From Candidatus Sungiibacteriota bacterium (GTDB lineage: Bacteria; Patescibacteriota; Minisyncoccia; Sungbacterales; HO2-52-23), in NCBI GenBank assembly GCA_016180435.1, contig JACPBG010000004.1:59660-123659 (forward strand): a DNA stretch of 64,000 nt, read 5' to 3'. The translations under genes were made by a program, and so were the position numbers. The number at the start of each line of letters is the position of its first letter. The first letter of the stretch is position 1. Positions 15,764-24,145 of the stretch are shown here, one piece after another. A model generated the notes under the pieces. The model did not search any database and was not told the origin of the DNA. It worked only from the letters and a program-made list of their open reading frames with translations.

Positions 15764-17101
15764 ATGCCGAAAATCCCGAAAAAGCAGGTTAAAAATCGCG
15801 TAAAACCCGAACTTGGGGGCGGTTTTCGCGACTATGGGCCGGAGGACGCAATTTTGCGTATTCGCCTTGTTGAAAAAATCAAAAAAACATTCGAGGATTT
15901 CGGATTTGATCCTATGGAAACGCCGGCCGTGGAACGCACGGAAGTGCTTCTGGGCGGCGAGAAAGAATCGGGCAAGATTATATTTAATGTTAGCGGATCA
16001 AAGGAGAAAAAATCGGATCTGTCGTTGCGTTTTGATTTAACGGTGCCGCTCGCGCGTTTTTTATCCGCAAATCCCGATGTCCCCAAGCCATTCAAGCGTT
16101 ATCAGATCGGAAATTCGTGGCGGGGCGAGTCGCCGCAAGCCGGCAGATACCGCGAATTCATGCAGGCGGATCTGGATATTGCGGGCGCATCCTCTTCGGA
16201 TGCGGATGCCGAAATAATCTCCGTGATTTGGAAAACCTTCAAAAATCTGGGAATAAGCAAATTTCTTATTAAAATCAATAGCCGTAAAATTCTGAATGGT
16301 TTGCCGCAATACGCCGGGTTTCCGGAAAAAAAATTGCCGGAGCTCCTGCGCCTTATCGATAAAAAAGAAAAAATCGGGGATGCCGCATTGCCAAAAGAAT
16401 TAAATAAACAATTTAAGTCCAAGGCATCCGGGAAAATTATGGAAGTTATGGCCATATCCGGAGACACCAAGACCCGCCTTTTGAAAATACGGGAATTGCT
16501 GAAAGATGTGCCGGTTGCGCAGGAGGGAGTCAATGAACTTATCGAAATCGTCAGGAATTTAAACGCAAGCGGCGTCTTACCGGAAAACTGGGAAATTGAT
16601 TTTTCCATAGCGCGGGGGCTTGGATATTATACCGGCTCGGTATTTGAGACGTATTTAACCGATGCTAAAGAATTCGGAAGCGTGGCATCCGGCGGGCGGT
16701 ATGATATGCTAACTGCTCCTTTCACCGGGCAAAAACTTCCGACGGTCGGCGGATCTATCGGCGTGGACCGGCTGTATGCCGCGTTTGAAAAATTAAATTT
16801 GCTGAAGAAAAAACAAACTACGACAAAGGTTCTTATTTTAAATTTGGCAGAGGAATTAAAAAAAGAATATCTTGCGTTTGCCCAGACGCTTCGATCCGCG
16901 AATATTAACACCTCATTTTATCTTGGGGATGATCGCGCGTTTCAGGCCCAACTGGCATACGCTGTAAAAAGAGAAATTCCCCTTGTTTTGATTTATGGAG
17001 AGAACGAAGACAAAAAAGGAACTGTGACTATAAAAAATCTGGTGACGCGGGAACAAAAAGAAATCCCGAAAGAAAAGATTGTGGAATATTTTAGAAAATA
17101 A
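15764..17101 (+). CDS. hisS: histidyl-tRNA synthetase
   Basis: class II motifs: FRDYGPEDAILR, RFDLTVPLARF, YQIGNSWRGESPQAGRYREFMQADLDIAG, GGRYDML. Confidence 0.9.
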   Translation: MPKIPKKQVKNRVKPELGGGFRDYGPEDAILRIRLVEKIKKTFEDFGFDPMETPAVERTEVLLGGEKESGKIIFNVSGSKEKKSDLSLRFDLTVPLARFLSANPDVPKPFKRYQIGNSWRGESPQAGRYREFMQADLDIAGASSSDADAEIISVIWKTFKNLGISKFLIKINSRKILNGLPQYAGFPEKKLPELLRLIDKKEKIGDAALPKELNKQFKSKASGKIMEVMAISGDTKTRLLKIRELLKDVPVAQEGVNELIEIVRNLNASGVLPENWEIDFSIARGLGYYTGSVFETYLTDAKEFGSVASGGRYDMLTAPFTGQKLPTVGGSIGVDRLYAAFEKLNLLKKKQTTTKVLILNLAEELKKEYLAFAQTLRSANINTSFYLGDDRAFQAQLAYAVKREIPLVLIYGENEDKKGTVTIKNLVTREQKEIPKEKIVEYFRK

Positions 17102-17173
17102 GCCCTCGTAGTTCAACGGACAGAACAGCGCTCTTCTAAGGCGCATATGGGGGTTCAATTCCCTCCGAGGGCG
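17102..17173 (+). tRNA. tRNA-Arg (anticodon TCT), starts 1 nt after hisS stop
   Basis: acceptor GCCCTCG/CGAGGGC, anticodon loop CTTCTAA, T-loop TTCAATT. Confidence 0.85.
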
Positions 17174-17211
17174 ATTTGATTTTTTTAATCCGTTGTATAT
17201 ACTTTAGTTAT

Positions 17212-17484
17212 ATGAAAACCTTAATCAGTATCAAGGCCGACATTGACGTGAAGAGGCGGGCGCAAAAAGCGGCTAAAGAGCTGGGGATACCGCTTAGCAC
17301 CATAGTTAATGCATATCTCAAACAATTGGGCCGTGAACCGCGGATTAGTTTTGCTGTGCCGTTAAGGCCCAATAAAAAGACCGCAGAGTTACTCCAGCGG
17401 GCCAGTAGGGACTATCGCAGGGGGAGAAATATCTCTCCGGAGTTTTCTACGGGAGAGGAAATGGATGAGTATCTAAACTCATGA
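17212..17484 (+). CDS. RelB/DinJ-family antitoxin
   Basis: MKTLISIKADIDVKRRAQKAAKELGIPLSTIVNAYLKQL ribbon-helix-helix DinJ-like N-terminus; 4-nt overlap with toxin gene. Confidence 0.7.
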   Translation: MKTLISIKADIDVKRRAQKAAKELGIPLSTIVNAYLKQLGREPRISFAVPLRPNKKTAELLQRASRDYRRGRNISPEFSTGEEMDEYLNS

Positions 17485-17741
17485 AAATCATCCTCCACCG
17501 GAATTTCAAGAAACAATACATAAAACTCCGCGATGAAGAACGGCAGCGGTTTGGAGAAAGGAGAGATTTATTTCTTAAAAATCCATTCCACCCCATTCTT
17601 AATAATCATCCTCTACACGGAGCTTATCGGGGTTATCGCAGTATTAGCGTGGGCGGAGATTTACGAGTAATTTATGAAGAAATAGATTCTTATACCGTAT
17701 ATTTTATTCTCATCGACACTCACAGCAATCTTTACGAATAA
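17481..17741 (+). CDS. RelE/YafQ-family toxin (mRNA interferase)
   Basis: LHGAYRGYRSISVGGDLRVIYEE matches YafQ/RelE core; operonic with antitoxin. Confidence 0.7.
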   Translation: MKIILHRNFKKQYIKLRDEERQRFGERRDLFLKNPFHPILNNHPLHGAYRGYRSISVGGDLRVIYEEIDSYTVYFILIDTHSNLYE

Positions 17742-17820
17742 TCAATAGGCGTAAACTATATTTTGAATTTGCTTGCACTGAGCGAGGTCGAAGTGGGGGA
17801 AGAAAATTTTTATTCATGCT

Positions 17821-18582
17821 ATGCAAATTAAATTTCCAACGAATTTCCATGAAAAAACTTTTAATTCTGCGGTAGATTTCCTAAAGAAAGAAAAAAATGT
17901 AATGGCTCTTACACTATCCGGAGCTTGCGCTCGTGGTGAGGGTTCGTATGATTCAGATATTGATATAGACGCCTTTGTAGAAAACCCTGATACCGGCAAA
18001 GAAATTTGGGAAAGATTTGAAAAGTTTGCCTCTACAATTGGCACATCGAATGAAGTTGCGAAATATTTTGGCATGGACTTACACATAAGATTTGCTGATA
18101 TCAAGCCCAAAAAGAGGGGTTGGACCGATGGTCCGGACGATTTTGAGCTTGAGATAGGTAATGCTTTTATCTATTCCCAGCTTATTTTTGAAAAAGAAGA
18201 TTTTTTTACTAAAGCAAAAGAAAAATATTTGCCATACTATGATGAGACATTGCGTCAAGAACGCTTGAAAGAGGTGTTGAAATTTTGCAATAACAATCTC
18301 GGTCACATAGAGCCTTATGTAAAAAGAGGACTTCATTTTCAAGCGTTCAAACGACTGTATGACGCAAGCAAAGAATTTCTTCAAGCCCTTTTTATCCACA
18401 AGAGAATTTATCCCATTGCTTACGATAAGTGGGTGAAAAAGCAAATTGTAGAAATTCTTCAGTTGCCGGAACTCTACAAAGAGTTTGTGACTCTCTACGA
18501 AATTTCTAAACTTGAAAGTGATGAGCTGGTGCATAAGGGCGATAAATTACATAATTTATTGAATCAGTATATTAAGATTTAA
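17821..18582 (+). CDS. nucleotidyltransferase-fold protein (KNTase/ANT(4')-like or minimal NTase + helical C-domain)
   Basis: LSGACARGEGSYDSDIDIDAFV = G[SG]x9-13Dh[DE]h NTase signature; 253 aa. Confidence 0.6.
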   Translation: MQIKFPTNFHEKTFNSAVDFLKKEKNVMALTLSGACARGEGSYDSDIDIDAFVENPDTGKEIWERFEKFASTIGTSNEVAKYFGMDLHIRFADIKPKKRGWTDGPDDFELEIGNAFIYSQLIFEKEDFFTKAKEKYLPYYDETLRQERLKEVLKFCNNNLGHIEPYVKRGLHFQAFKRLYDASKEFLQALFIHKRIYPIAYDKWVKKQIVEILQLPELYKEFVTLYEISKLESDELVHKGDKLHNLLNQYIKI

Positions 18583-18646
18583 AGAGTATGTCGCCCCATC
18601 CTTCGCCAAGGCTACGAAGGGCAGTGCAAAGAAAAACCCCGGTAGT

Positions 18647-18671
18647 AGAATATTTCATATTCACTACGGGG
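18647..18671. repeat. small palindromic element, family 2 (CCCCGGTAGTAGAA-n8-TTCACTACGGGG)
   Basis: inverted repeat; second copy inside recG at 21196-21227. Confidence 0.6.
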
Positions 18672-18750
18672 CAGGCGGCCCGACCAGTTTTTCAAGCACC
18701 GCACAATGCTTTTGGATAAGGCGTTGTTTTTTTGACGCAATCGTATCATC

Positions 18751-19656
18751 TTGATACGATTAAAGTGTCCAAATGATATGATTATGATCCCTTCTCTCGG
18801 TATTTTTTTTGCGATTCTGGCTATGGTGCTTTGGGGGCTGGAAGAGCTTTTTTTAAAAGAATCCCTTGAGCGCCTGCGAAGCACCACGACCTACTTTATT
18901 AACACCGTAAGCGGGGTTTTACTGCAAACCGCGGTAATTTTTTTATTTTGGGGAGGCGGCATAACGCTTTTGGCTCCGAATGATTTTCTTCTGGCGGTTT
19001 TAAGCGCCGGGGTGGCTTTTCTTGGTTTTTATCTTTTCTATCTTGCTCTGGAGCGCCAAAAATTATCGCTTATATCCTCACTGGACGAGAGCTGGATTAT
19101 CGTTACGATTCTGATCGCGGTATTCTTTTTCGGCGAAACATTAAGCCCGCTTCACATATTTTCGATTGTTATCGTGCTTTCGGGCGCATTGTTGATTTCC
19201 GCGGATATTTCAAATCTGCGCAATTTATCGTTTATTTCCGGCTCCGGATATGAATTTTTATCGATCATTTTGATCGGCATCTCCATCCCACTTGAGAAAA
19301 TAGTGCTTGATCGGATCGGTGAAGTAAATGCCATTTTTTATTTAAGCGCGTTGGTTATCCCGTTTATCCTTATCACAAAATTTTTGCGGGGCCATACTTT
19401 TGTAAAAGCACCCGGCAAGATTTTTCGGATAGCGGTATATTCCGGTTTTGCCGACGGACTTGCATTTTTATTCTATCTGCTCGCCATTCAAAGCGTTGCG
19501 ATCTCCATAGTATCCCCCATTGTCGCGTCCAGCGTGGTGGTGTCGGTGATCCTTGCGCGGATATATCTTAAGGAGCGCACGGCGTCCAAAGAGATTTTCG
19601 GAGCGTGTCTAATTCTGGCTGGCGTGATTATTCTTTCCATACTGTCTCCGACATAA
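18751..19656 (+). CDS. EamA/DMT-superfamily transporter
   Basis: 10 predicted TM helices in two 5-TM repeats; typical EamA-like hydropathy. Confidence 0.6.
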   Translation: MIRLKCPNDMIMIPSLGIFFAILAMVLWGLEELFLKESLERLRSTTTYFINTVSGVLLQTAVIFLFWGGGITLLAPNDFLLAVLSAGVAFLGFYLFYLALERQKLSLISSLDESWIIVTILIAVFFFGETLSPLHIFSIVIVLSGALLISADISNLRNLSFISGSGYEFLSIILIGISIPLEKIVLDRIGEVNAIFYLSALVIPFILITKFLRGHTFVKAPGKIFRIAVYSGFADGLAFLFYLLAIQSVAISIVSPIVASSVVVSVILARIYLKERTASKEIFGACLILAGVIILSILSPT

Positions 19657-19672
19657 GGAGGTCTTATGTGTC

Positions 19673-21865
19673 ATGTCTATTTTGGATATTCCAATTGAAA
19701 ACGCGCCGCGGATCAACCGCCGCATTATTCCGGCGCTTAGGCGTTTGGGCATAAAAACCGTGCGCGATATTTTGTTTCATTTTCCCTCGCGCTATGAAGA
19801 TTTTTCGAACGAGAAACAAATTTCTGAAATAAAAATCGGAGAGATAGTAACCATATCCGGAATTATTAAAAGAACCGCTTTGCACCGCACGGCCCGCAAA
19901 CATATGGCGCTGGTGGAGGCGGTGGTTTCGGACGAGAGCGGATCCATAAAAGCCGTTTGGTTCAACCAGCCGTATCTTTTGCGGAATTTCAGAATCGGCA
20001 ACGCTCTGCGCCTTTCCGGAAAAATTGCCCGCGGACCCAAAGGAGTTTATCTGCAAAATCCCGCATACGAGAAGTTATCAGCTACCAGCTACCAACTACC
20101 AGCTCAACAAAGTATCCATACTGGAGGACTGGTTGCAATTTATCCGGAAACGCGGGGCATTACTTCGCGTTGGTTGAGGTTCTTGGTAAAGACCTTTATT
20201 GATCAGAGAAAATTTATAATTGATCCTCTGTCGACCGATGTGCGGAAAAAGCATGTTCTTCCGGATATTCAAACCGCGCTCAAAGTAATCCATTTTCCGC
20301 AAGATAAAAAGGAATCAAATCAGGCGCGACGTCGGTTCGTTTTTGAGGAACTTTTTTTAATCCAACTTCGTGCGCTTCGCGCCCGGGCGTTACTTAAGCA
20401 ATACTCGGCTCCCCAGATTCCGACCAATTTGCCGCTTCTTAAAGAATTCGTGGCGTCTTTGCCTTTTAAGTTGACCGATGCCCAGCGCCGATCCGTGTGG
20501 GAAATCGCGAAAGATATAGAAAAACCGCGTCCCATGAACCGTCTGCTGGAGGGAGATGTGGGGTCCGGAAAAACCGTGGTTGCGGCCGCAGCCGCATTGC
20601 TTGCGGTTCGCGCGGGATACAAGATCGCATTTATGGCGCCCACCGAAATTCTGGCGCACCAGCACTATGATACGTTTCAGAAAATACTTGAGCCGTTTGA
20701 TATAAAAATTGGAATTTTGACCGGCGCGAAAAAATTAGCACAAAATGCGGACATAATAGTCGGCACGCATGCGCTTCTCCACCCCGTTAGAAGTAAGACG
20801 TCGGGGGCGTCTGCCGATCCAATTTTATCGGATCGGACTTCTAACGGGGTAAAAAAATCCGCCAGGTTTGAAAATTTGGGGCTGGTGATTATTGACGAAC
20901 AGCATCGTTTCGGAGTCCAGCAACGAGCGGCGCTTGTTGTACGCGGATCTGCGTTGCTGCCCCACTTTTTAAGCATGAGTGCAACCCCCATTCCGCGCAC
21001 TCTTGCCCTTACAATCTATGGAGACTTGGACCTTTCCATATTGGATGAGATGCCAAAATCGCGGAAACAGGTTATTACGAGAATCATAGAGCCGGGGAAA
21101 CGGAATGAGGCATACCAATTTATTCGATCAGAAGTAAAAAAAGAAAGACAAGTTTTTGTGATATGTCCGCGCATAGAGCCATCACCAACGAATAACCCCG
21201 AAGTAGAACCATCGGTTCACTACGGGGCAGGCGAATCCGGCGCGAATAAACGAATAAATGAATCGGCGTTTCGCTTGTGGGAGGTTAGGGCGGTGAAAGA
21301 TGAATATAAAAAACTTTCCGAAACAATTTTTCCCGAATTTAAAATAGGAATGCTTCACGGCAAATTAAAATCCAAAGAAAAAGAGGCGGTGATGAAAAAA
21401 TTTAAAAGCGGAGAAATCGATATTCTGGTTTCAACTTCGGTGGTGGAGGTCGGCGTGGATATACAAAATGCCACGATCATGATTATAGAGGGCGCGGAGC
21501 GTTTCGGGCTGGCACAACTTCATCAATTCCGCGGCCGCGTGGGGCGCGGGACTGATCAATCATATTGTTTTCTTTTTCCCACCGAGGACGGCATGGTAAC
21601 GCGGCGTCTGCGCGCGGTGGTGGATGCCAGAAACGGATTTGAGCTGGCGGAGCAGGATCTGAAAATCCGCGGTCCCGGCGATCTTTTCGGGACGGAACAA
21701 TGGGGAATTTCGGATACGGCCATGGCCGCAATTACCGATTCGGTTTTGGTCCGAGAGGTGCGCTCTGCCGCTTATGATTTGATGCGTGAAGACCCCCTGC
21801 TTTTACTTGTGCCGGAGTTAAAGCGCAAACTTGAAGAGATTGAAAAAACAGCTCATCCGGAATAA
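19673..21865 (+). CDS. recG: ATP-dependent DNA helicase RecG, carrying in-frame palindromic-element insertions
   Basis: LEGDVGSGKTVVAAAAALLAVRAGYKIAFMAPTEILAHQH (Walker A region), LVIIDEQHRFGVQQR (DExH), helicase C motifs; wedge-domain region FNQPYLLRNFRIG. Confidence 0.9.
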   Translation: MSILDIPIENAPRINRRIIPALRRLGIKTVRDILFHFPSRYEDFSNEKQISEIKIGEIVTISGIIKRTALHRTARKHMALVEAVVSDESGSIKAVWFNQPYLLRNFRIGNALRLSGKIARGPKGVYLQNPAYEKLSATSYQLPAQQSIHTGGLVAIYPETRGITSRWLRFLVKTFIDQRKFIIDPLSTDVRKKHVLPDIQTALKVIHFPQDKKESNQARRRFVFEELFLIQLRALRARALLKQYSAPQIPTNLPLLKEFVASLPFKLTDAQRRSVWEIAKDIEKPRPMNRLLEGDVGSGKTVVAAAAALLAVRAGYKIAFMAPTEILAHQHYDTFQKILEPFDIKIGILTGAKKLAQNADIIVGTHALLHPVRSKTSGASADPILSDRTSNGVKKSARFENLGLVIIDEQHRFGVQQRAALVVRGSALLPHFLSMSATPIPRTLALTIYGDLDLSILDEMPKSRKQVITRIIEPGKRNEAYQFIRSEVKKERQVFVICPRIEPSPTNNPEVEPSVHYGAGESGANKRINESAFRLWEVRAVKDEYKKLSETIFPEFKIGMLHGKLKSKEKEAVMKKFKSGEIDILVSTSVVEVGVDIQNATIMIIEGAERFGLAQLHQFRGRVGRGTDQSYCFLFPTEDGMVTRRLRAVVDARNGFELAEQDLKIRGPGDLFGTEQWGISDTAMAAITDSVLVREVRSAAYDLMREDPLLLLVPELKRKLEEIEKTAHPE
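20782..20849. repeat. RPE-like palindromic element, family 1 (CCCCGTTAGAAGT...ACTTCTAACGGGG), inserted in-frame in recG adding ~23 aa (PVRSKTSGASADPILSDRTSNGV)
   Basis: terminal 13-bp inverted repeats; same termini at 29584-29684 and 59050-59183. Confidence 0.8.
21196..21227. repeat. palindromic element family 2 copy (CCCCGAAGTAGAA-n8-TTCACTACGGGG) inside recG
   Basis: shares TTCACTACGGGGCAGGCG with 18661-18680. Confidence 0.6.
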
Positions 21866-21892
21866 AAATCCATTCTCCGACTTAATTTTAAT

Positions 21893-21932
21893 TCCTATCT
21901 TATGCTTACGCGCGATCGCGCGTAAGCATAAG
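21893..21932. terminator. 36-bp perfect palindrome tcttatgcttacgcgcgatcgcgcgtaagcataaga between convergent recG and 22016..22612; likely bidirectional terminator; adjacent tandem repeat aaaagtgtgcgaataaaa x2 and second hairpin gtaccgaatttagttcggtac
   Basis: seen directly. Confidence 0.6.
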
Positions 21933-22015
21933 ATGGAAAAGTGTGCGAATAAAAAGTGTGCGAATAAAAAATGTACCGAATTTAGTTCGGTACAATACCG
22001 CATTCGCATCGGTTT

Positions 22016-22612
22016 CTACTGCAAAATGTCTTTTTCGGGAATATAAATTCCTTGCTCGCGAAGCCATTCCAAATTCTTTTGATCGCCCGTATTTACATAA
22101 CGCTTCCACACGGCGGTAACCACCTCAAGTTCTATGCCGACATTTCCCTCTACCAGCACATGGGAAAAGACCCGGACGAATTTATGGATATCGGCAGCCA
22201 GTGTATTGAAAGTAACTGCTTGGCCGACCTCTCTAATTATTCGTTCATATAGCTTTTGATATGCGGTCGCGGCGGTTTGAATATAATATTCCGTCCCCAA
22301 AATTCGGTGGGAAATAAGTTTTTGGGCAGTAAATACGCCGGAAACCAAAAGGGCTGTATCTCCAATGTATTTTATTCTTAAATTTGCCTCTCGTCCGTTT
22401 TGCGGCAGAAGCAAATAAAGAATTGTATTCAGGTGATATTCGTTCAGGACACCTTTTTCTTTACAAAAAAATTCCATGAGAACATCAACAAGGTAACTTT
22501 CTACCATAAGATAATCATTGGTTAGGGGAAGATTTTGAACTTCCCAAATTTTGTCAAGGAGCTCCCGAAAAAGTTCGGGCGGAGTGGTAACTGTATCAAT
22601 AATGGGTTTCAT
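22016..22612 (-). CDS. hypothetical protein
   Basis: ORF with good coding look, no recognisable motif. Confidence 0.4.
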   Translation of the reverse strand: MKPIIDTVTTPPELFRELLDKIWEVQNLPLTNDYLMVESYLVDVLMEFFCKEKGVLNEYHLNTILYLLLPQNGREANLRIKYIGDTALLVSGVFTAQKLISHRILGTEYYIQTAATAYQKLYERIIREVGQAVTFNTLAADIHKFVRVFSHVLVEGNVGIELEVVTAVWKRYVNTGDQKNLEWLREQGIYIPEKDILQ

Positions 22613-22684
22613 GGCCGCCCCCCGGTTCCGGAATAAATATATATAAATATACTACCCTATTATTCTAAAAATAAAAGCCCGCTC

Positions 22685-24145
22685 TTATTGAACGGGTTTG
22701 AATACTAATTGATTTTCGGAAACGCAAAGCAGCGTTTCTTTGCCATTGACGGTCGTATTCAGGACCACTTCGTGCCCCCAAAGCTGGCGAAGATACTGGA
22801 GCGTCTTCTCGGCATATTCTAACTGGAGGTCGCGGCCGTCATGGGCGTGCTTCAAATATAGCGTTCGCTCACTGTTATAATCGGCATCCTCAACTTTAAT
22901 GACCGGTATGGTTCCGGTGCCGACGTTTTGAATCAAAGTGTCTTTGATGCTCCGCCAGTTCTCCTCGTCGGCGACGCGGCTGATGACTTTGTCGTTGCCC
23001 CTGGTTTGATATTCAAACAGTTTGAGTTCGCGAACCAGGTCTTCAGTAAGGAATCGTCGAAGAAAAGATGTGTCCCGCTCAACTTCGCGCACCACAAATA
23101 TTTTATTCCTGCCCTGCATTGTTTTTATGTTCCAGTCGCTTCGTTCGCTAGCCGTACACAAATCATATTCCGGACCGAAACGGCCTTTATCCCACCGCTC
23201 TTCAATGTCTTCCCAGATTTTCATGCCAACATGATACGGATTTAGGCCGCCCGGAGTCGGACAGAGCACCTGCGTGTGGCGCACGATGAACTCCATATGT
23301 AGGTTTTGAGGCAGTTCTAGGGATTCAAGGATTCGTTTGTGCCAGAAGCTTGCCCAACCCTCGTTCATAATCTTGGTTTCCATCTGGGGAATGAAATACT
23401 GCGCTTGTTCGTGTACGATGGTCAAAAGGTCTTTTTCCCATTCCGCCAAGTGCGGGTTATGATCCCGCACAAAGAGAAGTATGTCTTCTTCCGGATAGGG
23501 CGGGACCTTTGTCAAGTCGGGTTCCACGTGTTCTACTCTCCGATGGATGGCGTGGTGCGGGTCATGCCTTGGCCTTGATTCATCGATTTTTCGTTCTTTC
23601 TGCTCTTTCTCGGTTTCTTTCTTGATGGAAAGATTCCGTCGGCATTGGAGCGATAGCGCGTGCGCCGCGTCAAGTACGCGCTCAACTTTTTCCAGTCCAA
23701 TGCTTGGATCCTCAATGTAGTGGCGCACGCGGTTGGCGTGAGCCTTGAATGTTTCAATAGTGTATTCCGTCTGGGTGGTTCTGAAAGTGAAGTTGTTCTT
23801 AAAAAAGTCGTTGTGCGCGTATACATGGGCGATGGTGAGAACCTGCAAGGCCAGACTGTTATCGCGCATGAGATAGGCGATGGAGGGATTGGAATTGATC
23901 ACCATCTCGTAGGGCAGGCCGCTGAGACCGTAGTCGTAAAGGGTTTTGAGTTTCTCGAACCCCTTGCCGTAAGACCAGTGGGGATAGTGGGAGGGCATGC
24001 CGGAATAGACCATATAAGAGAGCATCTGTTCATAGTCGCAGACCTCGAATTCCTGGGAATAGGGGTCAAGACCGAATTTTTGCACCAGTTCAACGATACG
24101 CTGGTTCCACTCCTGGAGATCTTCGGTTGTCCATTCTCTACTCAT
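22685..24145 (-). CDS. SpoVR/YcgB-family protein
   Basis: N-terminal similarity pattern to YcgB: ...SYMVYSGMPSHYPHWSYGKGFEKL...PYEMVINSNPSIAYLMRDNSLALQVLTIAHVYAHNDFFKNN. Confidence 0.8.
   Translation of the reverse strand: MSREWTTEDLQEWNQRIVELVQKFGLDPYSQEFEVCDYEQMLSYMVYSGMPSHYPHWSYGKGFEKLKTLYDYGLSGLPYEMVINSNPSIAYLMRDNSLALQVLTIAHVYAHNDFFKNNFTFRTTQTEYTIETFKAHANRVRHYIEDPSIGLEKVERVLDAAHALSLQCRRNLSIKKETEKEQKERKIDESRPRHDPHHAIHRRVEHVEPDLTKVPPYPEEDILLFVRDHNPHLAEWEKDLLTIVHEQAQYFIPQMETKIMNEGWASFWHKRILESLELPQNLHMEFIVRHTQVLCPTPGGLNPYHVGMKIWEDIEERWDKGRFGPEYDLCTASERSDWNIKTMQGRNKIFVVREVERDTSFLRRFLTEDLVRELKLFEYQTRGNDKVISRVADEENWRSIKDTLIQNVGTGTIPVIKVEDADYNSERTLYLKHAHDGRDLQLEYAEKTLQYLRQLWGHEVVLNTTVNGKETLLCVSENQLVFKPVQ

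Noticed and set aside
22016-22612. Candidate proteasome subunit near the Pup-like locus
   Set aside because: 198-aa ORF has no N-terminal Thr active-site context or Ntn-hydrolase pattern; no other ~230-250 aa candidates in the window
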